64,000 bases of DNA from an uncultured Phycisphaerales bacterium. GTDB lineage: Bacteria; Planctomycetota; Phycisphaerae; Tepidisphaerales; Tepidisphaeraceae. The stretch is taken from positions 3,776,001 through 3,840,000 of the forward strand of contig CAVWLP010000002.1 of assembly GCA_963755915.1 (NCBI GenBank), written 5' to 3'. The position numbers and the translations under genes were made by a program. The notes under the pieces were generated by a model. It was not told the DNA's origin and did not search any database. It saw only the letters and a program-made list of their open reading frames with translations. Shown in pieces: positions 51,023 to 60,872 of this stretch (within the stretch, counting starts at the first letter, position 1; every line of letters begins with the position of its first letter).

Positions 51023-52097
51023 ATGAACCCCACGAACGAACTCTCGGTCTCCGCTGCGCCCAGCGGCGTCGCGATGCTCGAAAAACACGTGTCCCCCCTT
51101 GTCAGGCAGTTTCTGGACTACCTGAAGCTTGAAAAGCACTTCAGCGATTACACCGTGAAGAGCTACGGAGCGGACCTCATCCAGTTCGGCCAGTTCCTTT
51201 CCGGTCAGATCGGCCAGCGGCCGGTGGCGCCGGGGCAGGACTCCGACGAGCGCCACATCAAGTGCGATACGCTCACGATCCGGGAATTCCTGAACTACCT
51301 CTACGGGCAGAACTACACCAAGAGCACGACGCGCGCAAGCTGGCGACGCTACGGAGCTTTTTCAAGTTCCTGGTTCGCCGCGGGCTGGTCAGCGCCAACC
51401 CGCTGTCGACGATCCGCACGCCCAAGCAGGAAAAGCGCCTGCCCAAGTGCCTGGACCTGGAACAGGTTCAGAAGCTGCTGGATGCCCCGGGCGATGCCGA
51501 TCTTCTCAGCGCCCGCGATAAAGCCATGCTGGAAGTGCTCTACAGCAGCGGCATTCGCGTCAGCGAGCTGGTGGAGCTGGAGATGGCGGACCTGGATTTG
51601 CAGGAGGGAGTCCTGCGCGTCCGCGGCAAGGGCCGCAAGGATCGGCTTACGCCGATCGGTAGCCAGGCGATCAAGGCGATTCAGCGGTATTTCGAGCTGC
51701 GCCGATCGATTCGCGCTGCCAGGGGCCGGATTCGCATCGGGTCTTCCTGAACAAGCACGGGGAATCGCTCTCGACGCGATCGGTACGGCGGAAGCTGGAC
51801 AAATATCTGCTGTCGGCCGGGCTGGACCCGGGGATCAGCCCGCACACTTTGCGGCACAGCTTTGCCACCCACCTGCTGAACAACGGGGCCGATCTGCGGA
51901 GCGTGCAGGAATTGCTGGGCCACCAGAGCCTCAGCACGACGCAGATTTACACGCATCTGACGACGCAGCGAATGAAGGATGTTTACGATTCGGCACATCC
52001 GCGGGCAAAGGAGGATTCGATTCCGCATCCTGCTTCGCCGGCGGCGAATGGGGAGAAAGCAGCGACGCCGTTTTATCCGGCGACGAAGGTAGGGTAA
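51023..52097 (+). CDS. xerC: Tyrosine recombinase XerC (frameshifts near 51335 and 51703)
   Basis: [53 protein letters not shown]. Confidence 0.88.
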
Positions 52098-52135
52098 GGA
52101 TCGCACCCGAGTGCAGTGCAGTAGGTGGAAAAATG

Positions 52136-52170
52136 AAAGCCCCCACGATTAGCGTCGTGGGGCTTTTTTT
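52136..52170. terminator. Intrinsic terminator between xerC and scpB
   Basis: AAAGCCCCCACGA / TCGTGGGGCTTTTTTT. Confidence 0.85.
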
Positions 52171-52191
52171 GCGCGGTGTCTTGAGTTGAGA

Positions 52192-52872
52192 TCAGGCTTC
52201 GGGGGCTTTGAGAGGTTCTTCGGACTGGGGCAGGTCCTTGAGGGTGTTGAGGCCGAAGACTTCGAGGAATCGGCGGGTGGTCCCGTAGAGGATGGGGCGG
52301 CCGGGGACTTCGGCGCGGCCGGCGATGTTGACCAGGCGCTTTTCCATCAGGTTGCGGATGGTTTCGCCGCAGGCGACGCCGCGGATGGCTTCGATGTCGG
52401 CGCGAAGGATCGGCTGCTTGTAGGCGATGATGGCGAGGGTTTCGAGTGCCGCCTTGGTGAGCTTGGCGTCGATTTCGCGCTGATGGAGCTTGGCGAGATG
52501 CTCGCCAAACTCGGGGAGGGTGAGAAGCTGATATCCGCCGGCAACCTGCTCAATACGGAAGGAGCGGCGGGATTCTTCGTATTGGGTGTTCAGATCCTTG
52601 ATGGCCTGGCGAACCGGCTTGGTGGCGGACAGGTCCATCAGCTCAGCCAAGCGCCCGGCGGTCAGGGGGTGGTGGGTGGAGAAAAGAAGGGCCTCCAAGA
52701 CGCGAGAATCGACAGGGGCGTCCGAAGACGATCCCTCCGCGTCATCGTCTATCTCCGGGGGCAGGTTCTCATCCTCCGGCGTATCCTGGACGGGACCGTC
52801 GGCCTCGATTTCCGATTCGATTTCCATTACCGGCTCATCCCTGACTAAGCGCATTGCGCAGTTATCGGCCAA
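52192..52872 (-). CDS. scpB: SMC-Scp complex subunit ScpB
   Basis: LEALLF, VAGGYQL, ALETLAIIAYKQP, IRGV, GRP.LYGTT..FL..FGL..L.DLP; start may be 52854. Confidence 0.95.
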   Translation of the reverse strand: MADNCAMRLVRDEPVMEIESEIEADGPVQDTPEDENLPPEIDDDAEGSSSDAPVDSRVLEALLFSTHHPLTAGRLAELMDLSATKPVRQAIKDLNTQYEESRRSFRIEQVAGGYQLLTLPEFGEHLAKLHQREIDAKLTKAALETLAIIAYKQPILRADIEAIRGVACGETIRNLMEKRLVNIAGRAEVPGRPILYGTTRRFLEVFGLNTLKDLPQSEEPLKAPEA

Positions 52873-52949
52873 TGTCGACCGCTGAATCCATAAAAAGAGG
52901 ATGTTACGGGGGAGTGGATTGGAATCAAGTTGGGGTATAATGACCGGCT

Positions 52950-53201
52950 ATGGCAGAAGCTCCCCTTCCTACTGGACCGGACGTGGGGCACCTCATGGTG
53001 CCGGAGGATTTGTTGCAGCAATATCATCAAGCGGTGGACCATCTCCGCGGGGCAAAGGAAGAGCTGGCCAAGGCGCAGGAATCGAGCGAGTACCAGCATC
53101 AGCAATATGTGAACGAACAAATGGAAGTGGTCCGGCGGGCCGAGAGGGAAGTGGAAGAACTTACTGCAAAAGTGAAAGAAATCCTCGAGCGCAAAGTCTA
53201 A
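52950..53201 (+). CDS. Small helical hypothetical protein
   Basis: ORF preceded by TATAAT at 52936; coiled-coil-like. Confidence 0.65.
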   Translation: MAEAPLPTGPDVGHLMVPEDLLQQYHQAVDHLRGAKEELAKAQESSEYQHQQYVNEQMEVVRRAEREVEELTAKVKEILERKV

Positions 53202-53210
53202 GAGTAGTAG

Positions 53211-53808
53211 ATGTACGGCTACGAGTACGAGCGTCGGAAGATCGCTAGGCTAAAGGGGACGGACTATCTTTGGCTGGGGATTTTTGGGCAGATCGTCGGG
53301 GGTATGGTGATTTACGGTGCCGATGATGCGGGGAGCACGATCAGCATCGTGGGGCAGGGGATTTTGATTCTTTTTACCGGCGTCCTGGTGGGGGGATGCG
53401 CGAAATTTGTGCGGTATTACGGGATGAACCGGTGGTGGGCGCTGCTGGGGATTTTTAATGTGGTCGGGGTTGGGCTGCTGATCGACCTGCCGCGGTGGGG
53501 CAGGGGAAAAAATCGGGGGCCGGGGTTTGACGTGGAATTTGCCGAGCCGTACCGGCGCGATGTCTGGAGAATGGATGTGCGGGTGAAGCTCGACGAGATT
53601 GCCGCGGCGAACGTGCGCGAGCCGATCATGCTCCAGGTTCCGCGCGGGGCGAACGTGGGCTCGGCGATGAAGGTTCTGGCGGCGGTCATCCCCGGGCTTT
53701 TCGAGGGAGAGCTGCCGGGGGCGGGGTATTGGATCAATGGGGTGAGGGCGGACCGGCGCGGAATTGAGCGACGGGGATGAGCTTATTGTTCGCATGACGG
53801 ACGGCTGA
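53211..53808 (+). CDS. Membrane protein with C-terminal MoaD/ThiS-like beta-grasp domain (frameshift near 53760)
   Basis: Three TM helices, then LQVPRGANVG..WING....ELSDGDELIVRMTDG stop 53808. Confidence 0.6.
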
Positions 53809-53945
53809 TAGTTGCCGGTTGAGTGCAACTGGGGCCTCTCCGGCGCATTCATTAACTTGACATAGATGGAGCATCAACGTACTTATCTGCCTCTTGCTGG
53901 ACCGCAGCGGTTGTGTCCGGTCGTTGAAATTCAGAGGGTTGTAGC

Positions 53946-54941
53946 GTGATAGCGGTGCGTCAGTTGACCAAGGCATACGGTCAGACCTTGGCGGTGGATC
54001 ATATCTCTTTCGAAGTGCCCAAAGGGCAGATCGTTGGATTCCTCGGACCGAACGGGGCGGGCAAATCGACTACGCTGAAAATGTTGACCTGCTATCTGCC
54101 GCCCACCAGCGGTGGGGCGACGGTGAATGGTTTCGATATTTTTCACCAGTCGGAACAGGTTCGGGAAAATCTGGGATATCTGCCGGAAAATGTGCCGTTG
54201 TATGGAGAGATGAAAGTTCGTGAATATCTGGATTACCGGGGCCGGCTTCGGAAGATGCCGCGGGTGGATCGGATGCGGCGGATGGAATATGTCCTGGAGC
54301 GCTGCTGGCTGAAGCCGGTGGAGCGGAAGACGATCAGCCATCTGTCCAAGGGGTATCGGCAGCGGGTGGGATTGGCGGATTCATTGCTGCACAACCCTGC
54401 GGTGTTGATTCTCGACGAGCCGACGGTGGGGCTGGATCCGACGCAAATTCGCGAGACACGGAAATTGATCCGTGATCTGGCGGGGCACCATACCGTAGTG
54501 CTTTCGACGCATATTTTGCCGGAGGTGGAGGCGTCGTGCGATCGGGCGATCGTGATTTCGGCGGGAAGGATCGTGGCGCAGGGCTCGCCGGATGAGCTGC
54601 GGGCCAGCCGGCGGCTGACGGCGCGGGTGCTGGTGGAATGCCGGGGGCCCAAGGCGGAAATTGAATCGACCCTCGCGCGTGTAAGCGGGGTAAGCAAGGT
54701 TGAGATTCTCAATGGAACACCATCGGACGGGCAGACAGTGGTCGCTGCGCTGCGTGCCAAGGATGGGTATGACATCCGCGAGGAGGTGGCGCGGACGGTG
54801 ATTCAGAAGGGGTGGCCGCTTCGCGAAATTCGACTCGAGCATGCGACCCTGGAAGAATTCTTCGTGCAGGTGACGGCCGAACAAGCCGCCGCCAGGGCAG
54901 CATCCGGGGCACAGGTAACTTCAGGTTTCGATCAAGTATGA
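53946..54941 (+). CDS. ABC ATP-binding protein (GldA-like)
   Basis: GPNGAGKST, LSKGYRQRVGLA, LDEPTVGLDP, STHILPEV. Confidence 0.92.
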   Translation: MIAVRQLTKAYGQTLAVDHISFEVPKGQIVGFLGPNGAGKSTTLKMLTCYLPPTSGGATVNGFDIFHQSEQVRENLGYLPENVPLYGEMKVREYLDYRGRLRKMPRVDRMRRMEYVLERCWLKPVERKTISHLSKGYRQRVGLADSLLHNPAVLILDEPTVGLDPTQIRETRKLIRDLAGHHTVVLSTHILPEVEASCDRAIVISAGRIVAQGSPDELRASRRLTARVLVECRGPKAEIESTLARVSGVSKVEILNGTPSDGQTVVAALRAKDGYDIREEVARTVIQKGWPLREIRLEHATLEEFFVQVTAEQAAARAASGAQVTSGFDQV

Positions 54942-55657
54942 GACGCGCAACAGTCATAGCCCGCCGGGAACTTCTCAGCTATTTCTTCTCGCCGATTGCG
55001 TACGTGGCGATGTTTGTTTTTCTATTGGCGTGCGCCTTTACGTTTTGGGACGATTTTCAGCCCGGCGAAATCGCGGGGATGAGGAATCTGTTTAACTGGA
55101 TGGTGTGGCTGCTGGTTTCGATTATTCCGCTCCTTTCGATGGGGCTATTGGCCCAGGAATGGTCGAGCGGGACCATTGAGACGCTGATGACCGCGCCGGT
55201 TCAGGAAGTCGAAGTGGTGCTGGGAAAATTTCTGGGTTCGTTTGCATTTTTCATCGTGATGCTCGCCCCAACGCTGCTGTATGTGGCGGTGCTGGCGATG
55301 TATGCGACGCCGCGGATTGATTTTGGGCCGATCGCCAGCGGGTATCTGGGGATTATCCTGATCGGGGGCCTGTTTATTTCGATCGGGCTTTTCTGCTCAT
55401 CGCTGACGCGGAGCCAGATCGTGGCGGCTGTCGCGACGGCCGCCGTGCTTTTTGCGATTACGATCGTGCCGTGGTGGGCGAGCGGGAAATTGCTTTCCCA
55501 GACGTGGGTGACGATTCTCAATCAATCGGTCTTTAAGCGTTACACGGATTTCAGCCGGGGGATTATTGATTCGGGGCACTTGGTTTTTTTCATTCTGACG
55601 ACAGCGGTGTTTTTGTTTTTCACGACGAAGGTCATGGAATCGCGGCGGTGGAAGTAG
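54938..55657 (+). CDS. ABC-2 permease (GldF-like)
   Basis: RRELLSYFFSPIAY, E..SGTIETLMTAPV..VVLGKF, SSLT..QIVA. Confidence 0.88.
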   Translation: MRRATVIARRELLSYFFSPIAYVAMFVFLLACAFTFWDDFQPGEIAGMRNLFNWMVWLLVSIIPLLSMGLLAQEWSSGTIETLMTAPVQEVEVVLGKFLGSFAFFIVMLAPTLLYVAVLAMYATPRIDFGPIASGYLGIILIGGLFISIGLFCSSLTRSQIVAAVATAAVLFAITIVPWWASGKLLSQTWVTILNQSVFKRYTDFSRGIIDSGHLVFFILTTAVFLFFTTKVMESRRWK

Positions 55658-55674
55658 CGATGGGGAAATAAGCG

Positions 55675-57861
55675 ATGACGGATAGCACGGATAAAAAATC
55701 GGAGATGACGCTGGCCGCGCCGGAATCGCAGCGGCAGAGGTGGATTCACTACGGCACCAACGTGGGGCTGTCGTGCCTGATTGTGATCGCGCTGGCGTTC
55801 ATGATCACCTGGATGGCCCAGTCGCGGGCGAGCCGGATTGATACCACGGTGGGGGGGTCGCAGAGCCTTCGGCCGCAGTCGGTGGATTTTATCCAGAAGC
55901 TGACGATTCCGATTCGAATTGTTGCGCTTTATCCGAAGCTGAAAGAGAATGCGCAGGAGCAGGATACCTATCAGCCGGTGGCGGATTTGCTCACCGAGTA
56001 TCAGACCAAGGGGCGGAACATCACGACGGAAGTGATTGATCCGGATACGGAGAAAGACGCCTTCAACAAGCTGGTTGCCGAGGTGACGAACAAGTTCGGC
56101 GGCGAGGTGAAGGGGTATAAGGCGATCTTGGACACGGTGCCGGACGTGAACACGGCGCTCGACAAGTTTTTGACCGACCAGGTGGAAAAGTTTAAGGCGC
56201 TGCCATACGACCAGATCACGGACCAGCAGCTCGCGCAGGATGTGAACGCGGCATATCTGACGCTCGTATTGGCACACCAGCAGCTTTCAAATTTGAAAAC
56301 GGCGATCGATTCAGACGTGAACCAGCAGGTTCCCAGCTACAAGGACGCGGTGGACGATACGCGGACGGCCTACTCGAATATGTCGCAGCTTCTTCAGCAG
56401 TTTTCGCAGGTGGTGGGGTCATTCAAAACCAATCCCACGCTGGCGAAGCTGCCGCAGTTCGTGGCATACGGGCCGGCGGCGGCAGCGGCCGCGGATGACG
56501 CGAGGAAAAAGGCGGATGGGGTCGTCGATCAGATCAACAAGCTGCCGGCGTTGACCGAGCTCGATGAATTCAAGCAGGATCTGAAGACCAAGTCGATCAT
56601 TGTGATGTCGGACAGCGGGTACAAGATTCTGCAGGCGGACCAGGTCTGGCAGAAGCTGCCGGAGTCTGCGCAGTATCAGGCGGCGGCCGCCGATGCGCAG
56701 CCGCGGCTGAGCTTTGACGGGGAGCAGCAGATAACTGCCGCGATTGTGTCGCTGACGAATCCCGGGCAGCGGATGGTGGTCTTTGTGCGGGCCGGTGGTC
56801 CGCCGCTGGCGTCGGCGCAGTCGCCCGATCAGCAGCCGCCGTTTGCGTCGATCGCCGCGCGGCTGAGGGAAGATAATTTCGACGTGGAAGAGAAGGACGC
56901 CAGCGGCCAGGCGGCGATGAACCAGGACAACCCGATGTCGGAGCCGACCGATGCCCAGATGAAGGGGGCGATCTGGGTGGTGGTGCGGTTTCAGAATGAT
57001 ACGCAGCCCGATCAGCCGTCGCCGCTGAATGCGATGCTGGAGGAGCATCTGAATTCGGGCGGATCGGCGATGGTAATGCTCTTCCCGACGGCGGATTCAA
57101 TGGAGCAAGCACTGACGCCAATGGGAATTGAAGCGAAGACCGACGAAGTGTTGGTTCACGAGGCGCTGCCCATGCCACAGCGGCAGTCGAGCGATTTTGT
57201 CGAGAACGCCGTGCAGGCGAGCCAGGCGGTTTTCAAGCTGAACATGTACGGAGATCATCCCATCACGACGCCGCTGGAGGGATTGGATTTTCTCACGGCA
57301 GCGTCGGTGCCGATCGCGATTTCAGAAACAGCGCCTGCCGGCGTTCATGCCACGCCGCTGCTGCCGCTGCCACTGGTTCCGCATTTCTGGGCGAGCGCGG
57401 ATGCGTCGTCGGTAATGAGCGCGGACCATCCCAAGGTGGTTTTCAATCCCAGGCCCGATCCGGAATCGGGGCGGATGTTTGGCGATATCGACAACACCGA
57501 AGACAATCGTTTGCACGCGGCCGCGGCTTCCGAATCTCCCAACGGGTCGCGGCTAGTGGTGGTGGGTAGCTACATTTTCGCGATCAATTACCTCGTCGAT
57601 CTTCCCGATCAGGAGATGCTTGAACACGGCCTTCCCGTGGCGCGGCTGCCGGGCAACGAGGCGTTTTTCGCCAACAGCGTTTTGTGGCTGGCGCATGAGG
57701 ATGGGATGCTGGCGATCGGTCCGCACGCCCTCCAGGTGCCGCGAATCCGCGAGATGACCACGGCGTCGCTGAATTTCTGGAGGCTGGGCGTTTTGGCGCT
57801 GGGATTGCCCGTGCTAACCGTTCTGGGCGGGATTTTCGTCTACGCCCGGCGGCACGATTGA
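55675..57861 (+). CDS. GldG-like ABC accessory membrane protein
   Basis: N-terminal TM + RID.T...SL..QS, GEQQITAAI, SRLVVVG, GN..F..N...WL, C-terminal TM. Confidence 0.75.
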   Translation: MTDSTDKKSEMTLAAPESQRQRWIHYGTNVGLSCLIVIALAFMITWMAQSRASRIDTTVGGSQSLRPQSVDFIQKLTIPIRIVALYPKLKENAQEQDTYQPVADLLTEYQTKGRNITTEVIDPDTEKDAFNKLVAEVTNKFGGEVKGYKAILDTVPDVNTALDKFLTDQVEKFKALPYDQITDQQLAQDVNAAYLTLVLAHQQLSNLKTAIDSDVNQQVPSYKDAVDDTRTAYSNMSQLLQQFSQVVGSFKTNPTLAKLPQFVAYGPAAAAAADDARKKADGVVDQINKLPALTELDEFKQDLKTKSIIVMSDSGYKILQADQVWQKLPESAQYQAAAADAQPRLSFDGEQQITAAIVSLTNPGQRMVVFVRAGGPPLASAQSPDQQPPFASIAARLREDNFDVEEKDASGQAAMNQDNPMSEPTDAQMKGAIWVVVRFQNDTQPDQPSPLNAMLEEHLNSGGSAMVMLFPTADSMEQALTPMGIEAKTDEVLVHEALPMPQRQSSDFVENAVQASQAVFKLNMYGDHPITTPLEGLDFLTAASVPIAISETAPAGVHATPLLPLPLVPHFWASADASSVMSADHPKVVFNPRPDPESGRMFGDIDNTEDNRLHAAAASESPNGSRLVVVGSYIFAINYLVDLPDQEMLEHGLPVARLPGNEAFFANSVLWLAHEDGMLAIGPHALQVPRIREMTTASLNFWRLGVLALGLPVLTVLGGIFVYARRHD

Positions 57862-57890
57862 ATCAGCACGCGTGAATATGGGCTTGCGAG

Positions 57891-59366
57891 ATGAATTTTA
57901 AAACAACGATTGTTTTGCTTGTAGCGCTGGTTGTCGTGGGGATCATGTTTTACTTCAACATGAATCGCCCCAGCAGCGCGGTACCGGACCAGGAGCAACC
58001 CGCCGCGGCAGGCGAGGGTCCGAAGATCATCAAGCTTGCCGGCGATGATGTGACGAGCATCACGATTACCGATGCCGCCGACAATCGCACGGCCGTACAC
58101 AAAGATGGTGCGACCTGGCAGATGACCGAGCCGGTGAGCGCCGGGGCGGTGGATTGGCAGACGACGGATTTGATTCGCACGATTTGCGAATTGCGCTCCC
58201 AGGGTCGACCGGATGCGTCGCCGAGCGACAGTGGGTTGAATACGCCGAGCTTCAAAGTCGATCTGCTGACCAGTGACGGACGCTCAACCCGGCTGGTGCT
58301 GGGGGCCAAGACCGGGATCGGGGACGACATGTATGCTCAGGTCGATGGGGGGGACGTGAATTTGGTCGATTCGAGCCTTGCCAAGAGTTTGAAGACCGCG
58401 GCGAACGATTTGCGCGACAAGCACCTGCTGCCGCAATCGACGACGGCGGATTACAAACAGATTACGATCGAAACGCCCGGGCAGACGCTGAAGGTGGTGA
58501 AGAGCGGAGACAAGTGGACGATCACGTCGCCCCTACAGATTCCCGGGGACACGGATTCGATTACGTCGCTGACCTCTGCGATTACCGGCGCGGAGGCGAC
58601 CGAGTTCGTCGATCAGAATTCGGATGAGGCGGCTTTCGAGGGATTTAATCATCCAACGATGAAGATTACCCTCAGCACGGAAGCGCCCAGCACGCAGCCG
58701 AGCACCGAGCCTTCGACGCCGCTGACGTTGACGATCGGTTCGGCCGACAGTCTTACTCGCGATCATTATTTCGTGCAGACATCAGATGGGCTGGTTGGGA
58801 AGATCGATCGCTCGACGTTGGAGAGCTTGCAGAAGACGCCGCTGGATTTGCGGGACCGGGAGGTTTTCGCGGACCCGCCGGCGGAAGTGTCGAAGATTTC
58901 CTTGGTGAAGGCGGTTTATCCGACGTCTTCATCGACGCAGCCGTCCAGTCCCGTGCAGCGGCCGACGTTTACGCAACTGACCGTGCTGGAGCGGCGGATG
59001 CCGACGGTCCAGGCGATCGGACCCAAGCCCAAGGCGACGACGGCTCCTTCGACCCAGCCGCAGTCGACCTGGCAATTTGCGATTCCAAAGGAGCCTGACC
59101 GGCAGGTGGATGATGTGAAGGTCGATGCGCTGCTTGAGAAGTTCAACCCGTTTAAAGCGGATAAATACCTGGCAACCGCGCCGACAACGGGGGTCGATCA
59201 GAGGTATGTGCTGACCCTGGAATCGCCCTCGCTGAAGCATTATCATGTTGAGATCGTTCGTCCTGCCGGCGTCGGAACGCCGTATGCTGAATATGGGGGG
59301 CTAACGTTTGAAATTCCTTCGACGATTCTCGACGCCCTGGACGTTGATTTCCACAAGACGCCCTGA
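57891..59366 (+). CDS. DUF4340-like protein
   Basis: MNFKTT signal anchor; repeated W.MT.P / GL..P / LRD modules; typical position after GldG. Confidence 0.75.
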   Translation: MNFKTTIVLLVALVVVGIMFYFNMNRPSSAVPDQEQPAAAGEGPKIIKLAGDDVTSITITDAADNRTAVHKDGATWQMTEPVSAGAVDWQTTDLIRTICELRSQGRPDASPSDSGLNTPSFKVDLLTSDGRSTRLVLGAKTGIGDDMYAQVDGGDVNLVDSSLAKSLKTAANDLRDKHLLPQSTTADYKQITIETPGQTLKVVKSGDKWTITSPLQIPGDTDSITSLTSAITGAEATEFVDQNSDEAAFEGFNHPTMKITLSTEAPSTQPSTEPSTPLTLTIGSADSLTRDHYFVQTSDGLVGKIDRSTLESLQKTPLDLRDREVFADPPAEVSKISLVKAVYPTSSSTQPSSPVQRPTFTQLTVLERRMPTVQAIGPKPKATTAPSTQPQSTWQFAIPKEPDRQVDDVKVDALLEKFNPFKADKYLATAPTTGVDQRYVLTLESPSLKHYHVEIVRPAGVGTPYAEYGGLTFEIPSTILDALDVDFHKTP

Positions 59367-59758
59367 TGCCGCGCGAGCTGGGGAAAAAATCGATTCTTAC
59401 TGAGGCGCAAATTGCCCGGCCGCGCACGATCCTTGATGTATTTCCCAATCCAAGGATGGGGCGGAATTACGAGATTCGGTTTGCATTTCCGGAATTCACC
59501 AGCGTCTGTCCGGTGACGGGGCAGCCGGATTTTGCGACGATTACGATCACATACGTTCCGCGGCGGTTCTGCGTGGAGATGAAGAGCTTGAAGCTCTATT
59601 TCTTCGCCTATCGCAACAAGGGGATTTTTTACGAGGCGGTCGTGAACACCATCCTGGACGATCTGGTTGCGGTGCTCAAGCCGCGGAAGATGACCGTGGT
59701 TGGCGATTTTGCAGTGCGCGGGGGAACTGCGGGGACAGTTACGGCCAGTTATCCCTGA
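59366..59758 (+). CDS. queF: NADPH-dependent preQ0 (7-cyano-7-deazaguanine) reductase
   Basis: PEFTSVCPVTGQPDFA, EMKSLKLY, RGG. Confidence 0.95.
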   Translation: MPRELGKKSILTEAQIARPRTILDVFPNPRMGRNYEIRFAFPEFTSVCPVTGQPDFATITITYVPRRFCVEMKSLKLYFFAYRNKGIFYEAVVNTILDDLVAVLKPRKMTVVGDFAVRGGTAGTVTASYP

Positions 59759-60397
59759 TCAATAACGGAGGGTAATGAAGGCACCGACGCGGAGTTCCTG
59801 GCCGACGTCTCCCAATGCGCCGAACCCGCCAAAAGCGGCGATGTAGCCGACTTCACCGCCGATGGAGAAAGGTCCCTGGCTGTATCCGACTTGTACCGAA
59901 GGGTGGATGTCGAAGGCGGCGCCGGTGTGGTTGTAGGTCTGGAAATACGTAAAGCCGTTGATTTCGGGGGTTGCCGTGTCGATGGAATAGTTGTCGATCA
60001 AAAGTCCCGCGCCGATGCGCGGCCTCACGAAAACGCCCTGCAGGCCGGGGATCCGAATGCGAAGCGCCAGGCGGGGTTCTATCTCATAGTTTCCGCTGTC
60101 TGACCAGAGATTCGTCTGGTAGAGGTTTCCGAACCTGTCGATAGCGGTGTAGTTGGTGGAATCCCAATAACCCGAACCGCTGATGCCAACACCGACATAG
60201 GTGGGCAAGGCAAGCTGTGGAATTCGCCAGGCGAAATCGCCGTCGACGTACGCGCCGTCCTTGCCGAAGGAGAGCCCCCCGGTTTTGTCAGGGAAAAAAT
60301 GTGAATAGCCCCCTGAGAGCGTGGCGTCAAAAAACTGGGCCGAGGCGAAGGAACTGCACAGCAACAAACCCGTTAAAAAAGCCAGTGCTCGTTTCAT
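59759..60397 (-). CDS. Probable outer-membrane beta-barrel protein
   Basis: Signal peptide, alternating beta-strand pattern, C-terminal aromatic (ITLRY). Confidence 0.7.
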   Translation of the reverse strand: MKRALAFLTGLLLCSSFASAQFFDATLSGGYSHFFPDKTGGLSFGKDGAYVDGDFAWRIPQLALPTYVGVGISGSGYWDSTNYTAIDRFGNLYQTNLWSDSGNYEIEPRLALRIRIPGLQGVFVRPRIGAGLLIDNYSIDTATPEINGFTYFQTYNHTGAAFDIHPSVQVGYSQGPFSIGGEVGYIAAFGGFGALGDVGQELRVGAFITLRY

Positions 60398-60522
60398 GAC
60401 TGGAAATTATGCCCCACGGTCGCCAGTGGAGTCAACGCCGAATAGACGCCCCTTCAGGTTACCAGTCCGACTTACTGTCGTGGGAAAGACTTGAATACGT
60501 CAATTCTGCGTCGCCAGGAATG

Positions 60523-60538
60523 GGGCACGGCATTTGCC
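60523..60538 (+). promoter_or_regulatory. Putative sigma54 promoter
   Basis: GGGCACGGCATTTGCC: GG-N10-GC matching TGGCACG-N4-TTGC, upstream of the DUF3185-like gene. Confidence 0.5.
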
Positions 60539-60572
60539 ACGTGATTTACAACATTAACCAAGGAGCATTCGC

Positions 60573-60791
60573 ATGAGCCCTCCACGAATCATCGGAATTG
60601 TTCTTCTGATCGTCGGCGTGATCGTCATGATCTGGGGAATGAACGCCTCGAATTCGGTGGCCGACCAGGTCAGTAACACCTTCACCGGTCGATTCACACA
60701 GACCACAACGTGGTACATCATCGGCGGCATCGCTTCGGCGGTGCTTGGACTCGTGCTGACGGTGTTTGGAGCCAGCGGCAAGGGCGTGTGA
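60573..60791 (+). CDS. DUF3185-like small membrane protein
   Basis: GIVLLIVG...S...S..FTG..T..T.WYIIGG; AAGGAG RBS. Confidence 0.8.
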   Translation: MSPPRIIGIVLLIVGVIVMIWGMNASNSVADQVSNTFTGRFTQTTTWYIIGGIASAVLGLVLTVFGASGKGV

Positions 60792-60872
60792 AGATCCGCG
60801 CGTTGGGGGCGCTTCGGAACCAACCCGCGCCGATTCGCATCAAATTGCAATCGCGGATAATCTTTCGCCCCT

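Noticed and set aside
51023-52097. Phage or island integrase
   Set aside because: Housekeeping XerC-like sequence next to scpB; no att repeats, tRNA or cargo; no dif-like site recognised
59200-59366. preQ1 riboswitch before queF
   Set aside because: The queF start overlaps the upstream stop codon; no leader or preQ1 motif visible
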